DNA of 64,000 bases, taken from contig CBDBCR010000003.1 in NCBI GenBank assembly GCA_965203465.1, forward strand, positions 480,001-544,000, written 5' to 3'. The notes under the pieces were generated by a model that was not told the DNA's origin, did not search any database, and saw nothing but the letters and a program-made list of their open reading frames with translations. Origin of the DNA: Nitrosopumilaceae archaeon. GTDB lineage: Archaea; Thermoproteota; Nitrososphaeria; Nitrososphaerales; Nitrosopumilaceae. This document shows positions 39,298-50,126 of the stretch, one piece after another; position 1 is the first letter of the stretch; every line of letters begins with the position of its first letter. Made by a program: the position numbers and the translations under genes.

Positions 39298-39908
39298 CCA
39301 ACGGATCAGCGCCGCGCGTTTCAGGCACGCCCGGGGCGGCGCCGGCGACCGCCGCGGGGCCGCCGGGCGGGGGAGGGCGGGCCGGTTTCGCGCGGTCCGG
39401 GCCGATACCGCGCGTCCCCGGCGCCCCGGCCGCGGCGCAACGCCGCATCTGCCGGCCGGGGGTTTTTCGATCCCGCGGGCGGGTGGATCAAAACGGCCGG
39501 GCAAAAGCCGGACGGCCGAAGGATCGCAGCCGGCGGATCTCGGATCGCGCGCCCCGGGCGGGAAGGCGCGATCCCGGGCCGCCGCCCGCACGGCGGGGAA
39601 AGGCGCGCAAGGCCGGGGCGGGCCGCAGTCCCGGCTGCGGGGCAGGCGCGCCCGGCGGGGGCGGACAAGGCCGGCGAGTCAGGGCGGCGTCGAGCGCGCG
39701 GGACGACTCGGGCGAGGCCGGCCGGAAACGCCCGGCGCGCGGCTTGCAGTCTTTGGAACAATCAACCTCGGAACAAGCACCGGATCTGGCGGTTCGTGCC
39801 GCGGCGCGCGCGAATCTGATCTGGAGATCATGCGTATGCTGCGGATCCAAGAACCGCGCGGGCCCGCGGCCGGCTTCCGGCCCGCTCTCGAACAGGCAGG
39901 AACCCGGA

Positions 39909-40975
39909 TCAGGCGGCCGGCCCCGCGCCGTGCCGGCAGGACGCCTTCAACATCGGCTTTATTTTTTTGCAAAGGGCTCCGATCCGGGGATCCTTTGATC
40001 CGCGCAGCGCCTCCCAGATCTCGCACGCCTCGTCCGGCACGGCGCTGCCGGCGTGCTTGGGCATGAGGAAGGCCAGGCACCCGGCTACTTGCAGCGGGAA
40101 GCCCCCGGCATATCCGGCGAGTTTGTACACGGGGCCGTACGCCGCGTTGATCATGCCCGGATACTGCGTCATGTGGTCCCGGTACAGGGTTGTGGCCGCG
40201 TCGCCCGGCGGGGTGCTTGAGCCACGCGTCCAGTTGTGGCTTTTCAGGGAGGGGTGCTTCCACAGGCCGGCCAGCTTTGACTTGAAGTCCGGATCGTCGC
40301 GCTTGCCGGCCAGGGCGGGGCCGGCCCGCACGGAGCCCCGCCGCCCCCTGATCGTTTTTCTGCAAGACCCGCTCCACGATGCCGTCCGCGTGCGCGAGAT
40401 CGCAAAAATACGCCAGCATGGCGTGCCCCGCCGCGGCCTCTTGCGTTCGGGCCAGATCCGGATTTTGCGCGACGGGCCAGTCCATGAATTCGTCGCACCC
40501 CGCAAGATCCTCGAGCGCGTGCGAGTACATCTTTCCAGAGACGTACCCGTCCCAGAACGCGATCTTTGCCCTTTCGGACGACGGCATTCTTTCGGGCAGG
40601 CGCCTCGCCCGCTCTCGGTCCGGGTAGTAAAGGCCGGGCAGGAAGATTCCCAGGACCGCGCGGCGGGAAGCCGCGCGGCAGCCGCCGTCCGGGTACCGCT
40701 TAAAGATCCGTCTCGCCTCCTGCGCCGGGGCCGGGCTTTCGTCGCGCGTCCTGCGCCACGAGGTAGCGGTAGAGCGCGCGGAACGACGCTCCGTCGATGG
40801 ACGTGCCCGGCGCTCCGGTCCTGCCCGGGTATTCGTGTTCCCCGTCGGCCGAGCCGATCCTCGCCGGATCCAAGACTCCCCGCGCATCGTTTCTCAGGCC
40901 CTAGTCCACCGAGTTTCCCTTGAATCCGCCAGCTAGGACAGGGGCGGCAGCGCCGGCCGCAGACTCCGTTTCGGG
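39909..40975 (-). pseudogene. Decayed C-terminal part of a large helical protein, copy 1
   Basis: Protein-like segments across frames (AKIAFWDGYVS, GHAMLAYFCDL, KLAGYAGGFPLQVAGCL); paralog at 46085. Confidence 0.6.
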
Positions 40976-41110
40976 CGCCGACCCGCCCAGCCGGGCGCGG
41001 TCCTGCTCGAACCGGAGCACGACGCCCTTGATCACAGCACGCCGCCCCGCCCTGCGCTAGCCGTCGTCGACGGCCTCGCGCAGGAAGCATGCAGCATACG
41101 TCGGCTGTGC

Positions 41111-41345
41111 CTAGCGCTGGCCCTTGGCGGCTGTCACCTCGATTTCCCCGCGCACGATCCCGTACGTTATGCGGGAGGGGCGGCCCGGCCCCTCCATGAT
41201 CGGCTTCGGAAGGTACCCCCGGCAGCCGCGCGTCTCGCGGCAGGCGACGCTGACCGTGAACTTGCGTCCTTTTGCCACCCGGTCATGCCAATTCCGGGCA
41301 CGCGTTTTGTTAAGGATGTTTTGTTCGCGTGGCCATATGCCGATC
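41111..41345 (-). pseudogene. Frameshifted copy of the AbrB-like IS-associated gene plus its upstream region
   Basis: Homologous to 47824-48060; 4-nt deletion after the KDA codons. Confidence 0.75.
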
Positions 41346-41666
41346 CGGCCGGGAAACGAACCCATAGCGTCTCTTTTTCCGGTTCCGGTATTTCTTGTTG
41401 ACCCGGCGGAACCCGGATTTTCGGCAAGTCCGCGCTCTCGGCCGGCGCGCCCGGGTTCTCAAAACTCCGCGCGGACGGCTACGCGAACTCGTGCCGACCC
41501 GCGCGGCGGGCAGGCGCCGCTGCTCTGCAAAGGGGCCCAAAAACAACATTCGGATTTCGAACGCGCCGGGCGTTCGGGCCCTCCCGCGCAGCCGCGGCCA
41601 GGCGCCGGCCGTGCCTGCGCAGGGTCTGCCGGTAGGGTTATTGTAGGGGACGGCGCGCCGGCCGCG

Positions 41667-42800
41667 TTGGCAAAGTCGCTCGAAGTCGATATCAGCCCGG
41701 CGGTCATGAAATGGGTGATAGAGGACGGCGGGCTGGAGATCTCCGACGTAGCCGACAGGCTCGGGGTGCCCGAATCGGCCGTGCGCGGCTGGATGCGGGA
41801 AAGGCGCAAGATCAGCGTGGCAAAGCTGGAAAAACTCTCGGCGTACGCGAGGCGACCGCTGGCCGTGTTTCTGCTGGCGCGCCCCCCCGCCCGGCAGACG
41901 CCTACGGACTATCGCAAGCTCCCGTCGTCCAGGTCAAAAATCACGCGGGACGCGGCCTTTGCGATCAGGCTGGCGCGCTACCTGCAGGGGGCGGCCGGCG
42001 AGATGATGCGCATGCGCGGGCAAGATCTGGCGCCGGACGTGGGCCCGGGCGTCACGACCCGGCACTCGCCGGAAACGACCGCCCTGCGGGAAAGGGGCAG
42101 GCTGGGCCTGGACGCGGAGCGCGCCGCCGCTCCGGGGGACACGAGGCGCCGGTTCAACGCCCTGCGCGAGGCCGTCGAATCCCTCAACGTCTTGGTCTTT
42201 CAGCAGGGCGCGAATCTCGAGGAGATGCGCGGGCTGTCTTTGTCCGACGGCCGCCCCTGCGCCATCCTGATCAACTCGAGGGATTCGCCGGCGGCCCGCA
42301 GGTTCACGCTGATGCACGAATACGGCCACATACTGCTCAGAAAGGGCGGCATGTGCGCGGGGCCCGGCGGCGCGCCGCTGGACGCGCGGAGCGTCGAATC
42401 GTGGTGCAACCGGTTTGCTGGGTTCGCCCTCATGCCCAGGGCCGAGTTCCGCGATGAATACGAAAGGCAAAAGTCCGCGGGCGCCGACGGAGAAGGGACG
42501 ATAGCCGCGCTGTCGCGCAAGTTTGCCACCAGCAGGACGGCAGCTGCCATACACGCCCTGGATCTGGGGCTGGGCACGCAGGCAATGGTGAACCGCGCCC
42601 TGAAACACAGAGACGCGCCCACCCAGAAGAGCGGCGGAGGGCCCTCGCCGCCGGTAAAGTGCATCAGCGAGAGGGGGCGCAAGTTCGTCTCGCTCGTGCT
42701 GGAATCGAGGCGGGCCCGGACTATAAGCAGCAGGGACGCTGCCGTCTATCTGGGCACGGATCTTACACACACCAAGGCGCTGCAGGAGAGACTGTCCTAA
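41667..42800 (+). CDS. XRE-HTH / ImmA-IrrE Zn metallopeptidase (COG2856)
   Basis: N-terminal HTH (VADRLGVPESAVRGW), RPLAVFLL..P, RRFTLMHEYGHILL, ESWCNRFAG. Confidence 0.92.
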   Translation: MAKSLEVDISPAVMKWVIEDGGLEISDVADRLGVPESAVRGWMRERRKISVAKLEKLSAYARRPLAVFLLARPPARQTPTDYRKLPSSRSKITRDAAFAIRLARYLQGAAGEMMRMRGQDLAPDVGPGVTTRHSPETTALRERGRLGLDAERAAAPGDTRRRFNALREAVESLNVLVFQQGANLEEMRGLSLSDGRPCAILINSRDSPAARRFTLMHEYGHILLRKGGMCAGPGGAPLDARSVESWCNRFAGFALMPRAEFRDEYERQKSAGADGEGTIAALSRKFATSRTAAAIHALDLGLGTQAMVNRALKHRDAPTQKSGGGPSPPVKCISERGRKFVSLVLESRRARTISSRDAAVYLGTDLTHTKALQERLS

Positions 42801-42803
42801 AAA

Positions 42804-43277
42804 ATGGCGTGGACGTACGTTATAGACACCAGCGCGCTAATCGACATGGCCGATTCTTACCCCGAACCCGCATTCGGGGGAGTCTGGGAGAGGCTGAGCC
42901 GCTTGGCAGGGGCCAAGCGCGCCGTGGCGCCCCCGCAGGTGTTCGAGGAGGTGCGCCGGCCCGAGTTTCTGCGCGAATGGTGCGTCGACAACAGGACAAT
43001 GTTCCTTCCTTTCACGAGGGATGCTTGGGACATGGCGCGCCGGGTCACGCAAAAATTCCCGAAATTGGTCGAGTCCGACACGCCCGGATCGCAGGCCGAC
43101 CCGTTCATAGTCGCGCTGGCAGTCGCTCTAAAGGGATCGCTGTCAGGCAACGAGCCCCTGATAATAACGCACGAAGATCCCCACAAACTCAACAAGATTC
43201 CGTCTGTAGCCAAGTCGTTCGGGGTGGAGAGCGACCGGATGACCGGGATTTTCGACAGGGAAGGCTGGAAGTTCTGA
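42804..43277 (+). CDS. PIN-like protein (DUF4411)
   Basis: YVIDTSALID, VFEEV, ADPFIVALA, IITHE, KIPSVA, REGWKF. Confidence 0.88.
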   Translation: MAWTYVIDTSALIDMADSYPEPAFGGVWERLSRLAGAKRAVAPPQVFEEVRRPEFLREWCVDNRTMFLPFTRDAWDMARRVTQKFPKLVESDTPGSQADPFIVALAVALKGSLSGNEPLIITHEDPHKLNKIPSVAKSFGVESDRMTGIFDREGWKF

Positions 43278-43287
43278 CTCCCGGAGG

Positions 43288-43620
43288 CTACCGCGCGCGC
43301 CGGAATGCGGCGATCCGGGCAGCCGGCGGAGCCCCCGACCGGCTTCCGCGCCCCCGATGCTGCCGGGCCTGCCCCTTGCAGATCAGTTCCAAGAGCCGGA
43401 CCGCCGCGTCCGCGTCGTCTTGGGTGCGCAGCTCGGACTTGTAGTCGCCGCTGCCAAGGCGCCTCACGCCCGAGACGTCCTTTACGAACACCGACTCGCG
43501 CACGGCGCCGCTCTTGGCATAGACGATGTCCAGCCTGTGCTTGCGGGCCACCAGCCAGCACAGCACCCGCTCCCTGCCCTCCAGAGAGGCCCCGAAGGTG
43601 CCGTACCTGCGCCTCGTCTG
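43288..43620 (-). pseudogene. DUF5655-like C-terminal fragment
   Basis: VKDVSGVRRLGSGDYKSELRTQDD resembles the DUF5655 DVS..GHWG.GD motif; 5' end abuts IS66. Confidence 0.5.
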
Positions 43621-44640
43621 GAGAGGCTGCACGGCCTGCGCGCCTGCCCCAACTCCGCGCTCTCGGCGCGCACGGCGCTGACCGAGCTCTTGGAAAAGCT
43701 GGCGCTGCTCGTGCGCGACTACATAATCAAGCACGCCACATACGTTCACCGCGACGAGACGCCCATCATAATCGCCGGCAAGATCGGGTACGTGTGGCTG
43801 GTCTGCTGGGGGCCGGCCGTCTTTATCGTCGTGGCCGGCAGCAGGGCGCGGGCCGTCCTGGACGTCTTTTTTTCCGGCATGCACGACATCCCGTCCATAA
43901 CCGACGAGTACGCCGCGTACGCGTACCTGCCGGTGAGGCAGTCGTGCCTGATCCACATACTGCGCCGCGCCGAGAAATGCGCCGTGCGGTCCGGCAAGTG
44001 GTCTGACCTGATCCCGTACCTGCTCCTGCTCGGCATATACTTCAACATAAAGTACATGGACACCGCGCCCCCCGAGGCCATAGCCAAACTGGAGGGGCAG
44101 GTGCGGGCGATAGCCGACATGTACGGGGAGGGCCACGAGATCAGCACCGCCCTGACGAAATCGCTGCCGACAATGTTCACTTTCCTAAAGCACCCGGGCA
44201 TGCCGCCCCACAACAACCGCGCCGAGCAGGAGCTGCACGCCGGGCCGGCCAGGGAGAGGCGGGTGCGGCGGCAGCTGAAGAACCACGGCGGAATGAGGCG
44301 CATGTCGGTCTTTTCGACGGTGTTCCGCACGGCCGAGAACCTCGGCGTCTGGCCGTCCACCGTCGTGCGGATGACGGCGCGCGACCGAAACTGGGACATG
44401 TTCGCGCACGCAGACGGCCCCGGGCCGCCCCTTGGCTCGCAGGCCCGGCGCCCGGCAGTCTTTTCGGGCGCCGCCGCTTGACCCGCATCCGCCCACGGCG
44501 CGAACGCGCGCCGCAAACAGGGGCCGTTCTCCGGCCCGGTCGCAGTTGGGCCGATCCGCCGCCGGACGGCGGATCTGAACGCCTTTTCGCCGCGCAGCGG
44601 AGCCCGAGCCCGCGCTCAACGGCGCCGCGCACGCCTAGCC
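43620..44640 (+). mobile_element. IS66-family transposase, 5'-truncated, with right-end sequence
   Basis: VHRDETP, GYVWLV, SRARAV, TDEYAAY, QSCLIHILR, PHNNRAEQEL; stop at 44481. Confidence 0.85.
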
Positions 44641-44732
44641 GGAGCGTCCTAGGCACGTCAGTCAAATCGACCTGAGTCTACACGAACCGCGCGAGCAAAT
44701 AGATATTAAGTAGCCACGCGGTAGCAGGAAGG

Positions 44733-45137
44733 ATGCCTCAGCTACAGACGGCGATTATGGACAAGGAAGGCCGGGTGCAGATACCGAAGATTGTGATAAA
44801 ACAGCTGGGGCTGGCTGCACCCGCAACACTTGTAGTCACGCTTGAGAGGGACACGATTATGCTGAAGTTGCACGAGATGGAAGGCGCAGAACTTCACTTG
44901 CGCGATCTTTTCCAAAAACTTGAACACAAACCAGACGAAACTACAGATCCCAAAGATCGCCCGCACGCACAAAGCCTACCACAAAGTTCCAATGACGAGT
45001 TGCACCACATCATGGATCTGCTGGGCATAGACGACGACGGAGACGCGCCGGAGACCATAGTTGGTTTGATAAAAGATTATGCAACAGAGGACGAGGATTC
45101 CTTGGACATCGTCCGCTCCATCCGACATGGCGACTGA
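44733..45137 (+). CDS. AbrB/MazE-like antitoxin (VapB)
   Basis: MDKEGRVQIPK.V.KQLGL swapped-hairpin pattern, acidic C-terminus. Confidence 0.8.
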   Translation: MPQLQTAIMDKEGRVQIPKIVIKQLGLAAPATLVVTLERDTIMLKLHEMEGAELHLRDLFQKLEHKPDETTDPKDRPHAQSLPQSSNDELHHIMDLLGIDDDGDAPETIVGLIKDYATEDEDSLDIVRSIRHGD

Positions 45138-45693
45138 TCCGCGCCGTGAATACTACGACACTGGTGTTTGGATCGCACGCATGCTAGAAAACGACAGGTT
45201 CTTCAGACCGTCTGAGAGACTATTCGACAGACTGAATTCAACCGACGCCACCGTGATCGTATCCTACCCTACACTGATTGAAACCGTGCATGTGTTGCGA
45301 AGGAAAACCGTCGGGATGATGGATAAGACTTTTGGGGCCGAAACTCAATTCTACGCCGAGTCGAAGTGCAAAACTGTCGTCGCTACATTCATAAGACACC
45401 TTTCAGATCTGGGAAAACGCGGTAAACTTCAATTCTATGCGCCAGAATTGACTTTGAACAAACACCACCGACAAATCATGTCAAAGATCATCACGCAGCC
45501 CGTCCGGATGAAAACTGGCTCCAAAAGATACCAATACTCGAGTCTGGGGCCTGCAGACATCGAACACGCCTATCTTGCCCGCCGGGCTAAAACATCCGAC
45601 TTTTACACCACGGACGGCTCGTTCGGCCAACTAGGCGGCGATCCAGACTTTGCCCACATGTCGTTCAACATCCTGGATCCGGGCGATGCCTGA
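45127..45693 (+). CDS. PIN-domain toxin (VapC-like)
   Basis: YYDTGVWIA, TLIETVHV, ADIEH, FYTTD..F. Confidence 0.85.
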   Translation: MATDPRREYYDTGVWIARMLENDRFFRPSERLFDRLNSTDATVIVSYPTLIETVHVLRRKTVGMMDKTFGAETQFYAESKCKTVVATFIRHLSDLGKRGKLQFYAPELTLNKHHRQIMSKIITQPVRMKTGSKRYQYSSLGPADIEHAYLARRAKTSDFYTTDGSFGQLGGDPDFAHMSFNILDPGDA

Positions 45694-45710
45694 ACCGTAG
45701 AGCCGAAAAA

Positions 45711-46079
45711 TTATCTTTCCAGCTGGTAGCCTTTCAGGCCCCAGTCGCGGCTGCTGTCGGGCACGTCCCAGTCGAGCGTCTCGGAGGCGGGGATGGCGCC
45801 GAGCGGGTCGTACGCGTCGAACTTGGCGACGCTCTGCACGCCGGAGAGCAGCGCTATGCCCGAGCGGCCGGTGCCTGCCTCGACCACGGTGGCAGCGCTG
45901 CTGCCGGCGCCGCGCCCCGCCTCGGACAGAATCCTCATCATGCCGGCCGGCACGCCGTCGCCGAGGACGTGGACAGCCGAGCCCGAGACCGCGCCGGGCG
46001 GGACGCTGCCGTACAGCGTGCTGAGCGCCTCGCGCGGCGACTCTTGCGGCCCGAGGCCCGAGCGGGACGGGGCCAGCAC
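45711..46079 (-). pseudogene. 3' fragment of an unknown protein
   Basis: Host-like codon usage, no evident start, abuts the pseudogene repeat. Confidence 0.4.
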
Positions 46080-46084
46080 GCGCC

Positions 46085-46715
46085 CCCGGATCGCTTTTTC
46101 TCAAAACCCGCCCCGCGATGCCGTCCGCGCGCCCGAGATCGTAAAAGTGCGCCTGCACGGCGCGCCCCGCGGCGGCCTCGCGCATCCGGGCCAGATCCGG
46201 ATTCTGCGCGGCGGGCCCGTCCACGAATTCGCCGTACCCCGCAAGATCCTCCAACGCGTACGAGTACGTCTGCTTCCCCGAGGCGTGCACGTACCGGAAC
46301 GCGATCTTGGCCCTTTCGGACGACCGTACTCTTTCGGGCAGGCGCCTTGCCCGCTCGGTCCGGGCGGCAAAGGCCGGGCAGGAAGATTCCCGGGACCGCG
46401 CGGCGGGAAGCCGCGTGGCAGTCGCCGCCCGGGTACTGCTCAAAGATCCGCCTCGCCTCCGGCGCCGGGGCCGGGCTTTCGTCGTGCGTCCTGCGCCACG
46501 AGGCGTGGCGGCATGCCGCGCGGAACGGCGCGCCGTTGAGGCTTAAGGGCATGCCCGGCGCTCCGGTCCTGCCCGGATATTCTCCGTATTCCCCGCCGGC
46601 CGAGCCTATCCTCCAGGACGCCCCGCGCCTCTTTTCTCAGGCCGCAGCCCGCCGAGTCTTCCTTGAATCCGCCGGCCGGACCGGGGGCAGCAGAGCAGGC
46701 CGCAGGCTCCGTTCC
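46085..46715 (-). pseudogene. Decayed large helical protein, copy 2
   Basis: Aligns by eye to 40345-40975. Confidence 0.7.
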
Positions 46716-47397
46716 TGGAGCCGGCTCGGCCGGCCGTGCGCGCTTCTGCCCCAACCGGGGCACGGCGCCCTCGATCGGGGGCGGCGCGCCGCCCCTGCGC
46801 TCGCCGTCCCTGACGGCCCCGCGCAGGCCCGAAAACGGGCCGCGCCGGATGCGGGGGCCGGCCGAGGCCGGGCGCCGTCTTGGAGCGTTCCGGCGGGTCG
46901 TCCCCGACGTACCCCTCGAGCGCGTCCGCCGCGTCCCCGGACGGGAAGTCGGGACCCCCGTATTTTCCACGGGGCCGGAGACCTCGCCGGGGCCCTTGCC
47001 GCCAGAGTCCGGACCCGCCGCCAGAGCGGCGCCTCGGATCCCGCCCGTTTTTCGCGGGGGTTTGCGGCGCGCTTTTTTCGGCGTTTCGCTCCAGTCCCGG
47101 AATCTCTGGTCCCGGAATCATTTCGCCTGCTGGCCGTGCGGGCCGGCAAGGTACCCCACATGCCGATCTCGGACGCGTCCGGGCCGATCCGCGCGGCGCG
47201 CGGTTTTCTGGATCATGGCGGCATCCTCGGGACGATCTTGCGCCCAATCCGCCCGGTCAGATCCCGCGTAGCCAGTCTAGCGGACGAATACACGCTTCCG
47301 AAAACGGCAAGGATACGCATCGAATCATGCCTGGCCTGGCCGCCCGCCTCTAATCTAGACCAAAGGGTACAAATAATGGCACGCCGATATACACGGC

Positions 47398-47628
47398 ATG
47401 GGCTTTGACGCAAGATCGGTGGTCGAGATCTATGGCCCAAATGCCGCGGATGCAATACTGCGCTGGACGAATCTGACCCGCAAAGAAGCCGAGGAAGCGG
47501 TGCTTGCCGCCGGCGGCCCGCTAGAGTACAAGACGCCGACCAAATTTCTGAGCGACAAAGAACTCAAAGAGGCCATGGCCGCCGTGCTTGCGGACGGCGA
47601 ACCGCAAGAGAGCGAGATCACCGCATAG
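47398..47628 (+). CDS. Small hypothetical protein (76 aa)
   Basis: AT-rich box ~22 nt upstream; normal composition. Confidence 0.5.
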   Translation: MGFDARSVVEIYGPNAADAILRWTNLTRKEAEEAVLAAGGPLEYKTPTKFLSDKELKEAMAAVLADGEPQESEITA

Positions 47629-47823
47629 CCCCAAACCTCAGACTAAACGCCGATACTTTCGTTCCTGCGTCTTCCAGTGTTCTTATGTCTGGCTGCAATC
47701 GTTCTGTGAATGTGTTGTCGGTGTCAAGCATGACTTGCTTCAATACTGGCCCCTCAGTCGCATCGGTTATCCGAGTTTCGTACTCAAAACGGGTGCATGT
47801 AATATACGTCGTTTTGCCTTTCG

Positions 47824-47998
47824 CTAACCCTTGGCCGCGGTCACCTCTATTTTCCCGCGCACGATCCTGTACGTGATGCGGGAGGGGCGGCCCAGCCTCT
47901 CCGTGATGGGCTTCGGGAGGTACCCCTGGCAGCCGCGCGCCTCGTGGTAGGTGACGCTGACCGTGAACTCGGTTGCGTCCTTTTGCCACTTGGTCATG
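47824..47998 (-). CDS. Small AbrB-like protein divergent from the transposase
   Basis: MTKWQKDATEFTVSVTYHEARGCQGYLPKPITERLGRPSRITYRIVRGKIEV. Confidence 0.7.
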
Positions 47999-48142
47999 TC
48001 AATTCTGGGCACGCATTTTGTTAAAAATATTTTGTTCACGTGGTTATATACCAGTCGCCCGCGCCTGAAGGCGTGAATCGTCTGCTCGCGCTCAGAAAAG
48101 GCGGATACCGGCCGCCCGCGGACGGGCGGTGCGGCACGGCCG

Positions 48143-49064
48143 GTGCTGCTATTCGGTGCGATCCTACTCGGTTCCGGGGAAAAATACACGGTGCTGAACG
48201 CGGGCGGCCCGTGGGTCTGCACGTGCCCCAAATGCGGCTCGGCCAACTCAAAAACGGACGGCGTGCGCAAGAACAAGAATTACAAGAACTGGAAATACAA
48301 GTGCCTCGCCTGCGGCAGGCACTTTTCCGCAAACGCCGGGCTCGGGGACACCGTGCTTCCCCCCGTACTCGTGGTGCGGGTGATGGAGATGGCCTCTTCC
48401 GGCATGCCGTACCCAAAGATAGCAAAGTGCCTGGCCGGAGAGGGCGTGGACGTGTGCGTAAAAACCGTGTGCAATAGTCCGCCGCTTCTCCAAAATCCTG
48501 ATCGATTACTGCGCCCGGCTGTGGCCGGCCGTGTCCGAGTTGTGGAGGACCGACGAGAAGCTGGTCATGGTGGCCGGCGGCAAACTGTACCTGCACGGCC
48601 TGATGGACGCAGGGACGCGGCTGCTCCTGTCGGTGCAGCTGACCCCCAGGAAGGGCGAGGACGACGTCGCTCCCATGTACCTGGCCGGCGCCGAGCGGGC
48701 CGGCAAGATCCCGCACCTGCCGGTCTCGGACGGGGCGCCGTCGTTCCACGCGGCGTGGGAGTCGTGCTACCGGCCCGACGGGAGGAACCAGAAATACACC
48801 GATCACGCGGCCATGATCCACATCGACGGCAACATGAACAACAACATGATGGAATCGCTGAACCGCGAGCTCGGCGGGCGCCTGCGCGGCGCGCCGTTCG
48901 TCTCGGAGCGGGCGGCCGTCGCCACGGCCGGGCGCGCCCGCCTGTTCTGCAACTTTTTCCACGGGCACTCGGGCCTCGGCGGCAGGACGCCGGCAGGGGC
49001 GGCAGGCATCGAATGCAGGCGGATCACGCTGCTGCGCAACGCGCACGCCAATGCTCCAGGATAG
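48143..49064 (+). mobile_element. IS6-like DDE transposase, frameshifted
   Basis: CPKCGS..YKCLACGRHF Zn ribbon; WRTDEKLV, YLHGLMD, SDGAPSF, NNNMMESLN, HSGLGGRTPA. Confidence 0.85.
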
Positions 49065-49248
49065 CGCCGCCCGGCGCGGGCGGCCTTTGCGGTGAATCCG
49101 CGGTTCTTTTTTGCTCTGGAAAATTCCTCGACGACGTGTATTACACGCACCCTCCCCCCGCCGCCTTCCCCCGCGGCCGCCGTGCAGGATCGGCTAAACG
49201 TCGAGTGCGGATCGGAGCCCGGCAGGGCCGCGGAGGCGGCCGCGCGCG

Positions 49249-49704
49249 TCAAGGCCGATCCGGAGCCTGCCCCGCTAGCCAGATATCCGTCTCCAGAGCC
49301 GCGTAGGGCAGGTCGTACTCGAAACGAAAGCTGCTGAGCAGATCCGTGCCGAACAGCGCAAAGGCGGATTCGTCCCCGCTGTCCGAATCCGGCCTCAGGA
49401 CCTTCATGTCGACGTTCCTCATGACAGGCTCGCCCGTCTGCTCGTCTGAAAACACCAGCAGCGTGTTCTTCATCACGTACACGTCCTGCCGTCCGCTTAT
49501 CCCCAGCACGTCGGTTGGGTGTTTTTCTAGCGACGCAAAGTCGATTCCGAGTTTTTGGGCCGCTCCCTGTAGCAGGGTCGTGTGGACGGCTCCCGTGTCT
49601 ACCAGGAAGTGGATCTGGCAGGAGTTGTATTCGCGTATCAACGGGTTGACAATCGCGCCGCTGATCCAGATCGACGTGCCCTTGACTTTCGTTGCTATTT
49701 TCAC
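49249..49704 (-). CDS. Retropepsin-like (clan AA) aspartyl protease
   Basis: FLVDTGAVHT, AQKLGI, GISG flap, LFGTDLL. Confidence 0.85.
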   Translation of the reverse strand: MKIATKVKGTSIWISGAIVNPLIREYNSCQIHFLVDTGAVHTTLLQGAAQKLGIDFASLEKHPTDVLGISGRQDVYVMKNTLLVFSDEQTGEPVMRNVDMKVLRPDSDSGDESAFALFGTDLLSSFRFEYDLPYAALETDIWLAGQAPDRP

Positions 49705-49748
49705 GTGCGTTCCGATTGTTGCCCGCGTATAAGAGTTTGCAAACTGCG

Positions 49749-50072
49749 CTAGAACAGCAGATCCACGTCTTGCTTGTAGATGCGTTCTATGAACACGGTT
49801 CCTCTGTCGATGCCTTTTTCGTCGATCTCTTCGAGAAGCTTTGTAAAGTCCGCGTGGCTGGCGCGGACTTTTTGATCGAAGACGGCTACGTACATGTCGC
49901 CGTAGTCCCTCTTCAGAGCCTCGCTGTTGTCCGCCACCCACCCCATATCTGCACTGAATCTGGCAAGATCGCTGCGTATCTTGTCGTAGTTTTCGCCTAT
50001 CAGCTCTTTGGCCCGTTTTACGTGCGGGGACTCCGCATCGCCCAAGTAAGCCATGTCGGATTCAGAGCCCAC
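49749..50072 (-). CDS. DUF5678-like small protein
   Basis: WVADNSEALKRDYGDMYVAV.DQKV.AS..D. Confidence 0.75.
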   Translation of the reverse strand: MGSESDMAYLGDAESPHVKRAKELIGENYDKIRSDLARFSADMGWVADNSEALKRDYGDMYVAVFDQKVRASHADFTKLLEEIDEKGIDRGTVFIERIYKQDVDLLF

Positions 50073-50126
50073 CTGTTAGCACCGTGTAGGCTCGCACAGA
50101 GCCAGATAAAAACCTGCCGGATTCAC

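Noticed and set aside
39268-39591. Track's upstream extensions of the giant ORF (to 39591) and the beta-helix ORF (to 27530), which would place poly-G inside the coding sequence
   Set aside because: Extensions are low-complexity or antisense to another gene; signal peptides and TATA spacing favour starts at 39267 and 27089
41360-41430. Possible transposase Zn-ribbon remnant (KSGFRRVNKKYRNRKKRRY)
   Set aside because: Too short and degenerate to call
39909-46715. Paired repeats as a DGR template/variable region
   Set aside because: No reverse transcriptase in the window; differences include indels and are not adenine-specific by eye
47630-47820. AT-rich minus-strand reading frame
   Set aside because: No independent start or recognisable motif
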